Shown here piece after piece: positions 63,679 through 64,000 of a DNA stretch of 64,000 nucleotides. The position numbers and the translations under genes were made by a program. The DNA lies in the NCBI GenBank assembly GCA_002633005.1, contig NMRA01000169.1, positions 154,397 through 218,396 on the forward strand. Direction: 5' to 3'. This DNA is from Phoronis australis. Lineage: Eukaryota > Animalia > Phoronida. The notes beneath the pieces are model-generated. The model did no database searches, was not told the DNA's origin, and saw only the letters and a program-made list of their open reading frames with translations. Position 1 is the stretch's first letter. Every line of letters starts with the position of its first letter.

Positions 63679-64000
63679 CAAGAACAACACAGAGTGTTGA
63701 AATGCGCTCAAGACTGTACTGCAAATGGTGCCCATCTAGCCACGTTCATTAGAGTCATAAGCATGGCCATTAGAAGGCACAGAATACATTGAACCCATTC
63801 AAAAATGGGAAGGTGTCGTCGTCTCTCAAAGCTATCTACCAAATTTTATAACAAGAGCAACGCAGAGCGTTGAAATGCGCCCACAATTGCACCGCATACG
63901 GTATCCTTCTAGGGTTGTTTATTGGTACCATAAAGTGGCCAGTAGAGGGCATATATGTAGTATGTTGTACTTAGCAAAATGGAAAGGCATGGTCATTGTC
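63679..64000 (+). repeat. Two diverged ~172-bp tandem copies (probable repeat-element starts)
   Basis: ACAAGA.CAAC.CAGAG.GTTGAAATGCGC at 63679 and 63851, with colinear similarity downstream. Confidence 0.7.

Overview
AT-rich eukaryotic (invertebrate animal, probably lophotrochozoan; inferred) scaffold with two N gaps. Left 24 kb: a minus-strand tandem cluster of intronless, divergent TRPV5/6-like cation channel genes. There are three intact ORFs and one truncated pseudogene, arranged as an alternating A-B-A-B(pseudo) pair duplication. They have a Q or E at the TRPV6 D542-equivalent filter site, no TRP-box Trp, a reduced ankyrin domain and a very short C-tail. Middle (24-34 kb): two decayed LINE fragments, a CpG-rich and hairpin-dense segment with H/ACA-like geometry and a TAACCCTA motif (structured ncRNA candidate), and a TTAA-flanked Kolobok-like element with a decayed P2X7-ballast/KolX-like cargo. 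Right 36-61 kb: 16 in-phase minus-strand exons of a 5'-incomplete gene encoding armadillo-like repeats, three FN3 domains and a long low-complexity tail. Its introns hold a tRNA-derived SINE with a target-site duplication (TSD), a TA-flanked MITE and several minisatellites. All calls are by eye; no database searches were run.
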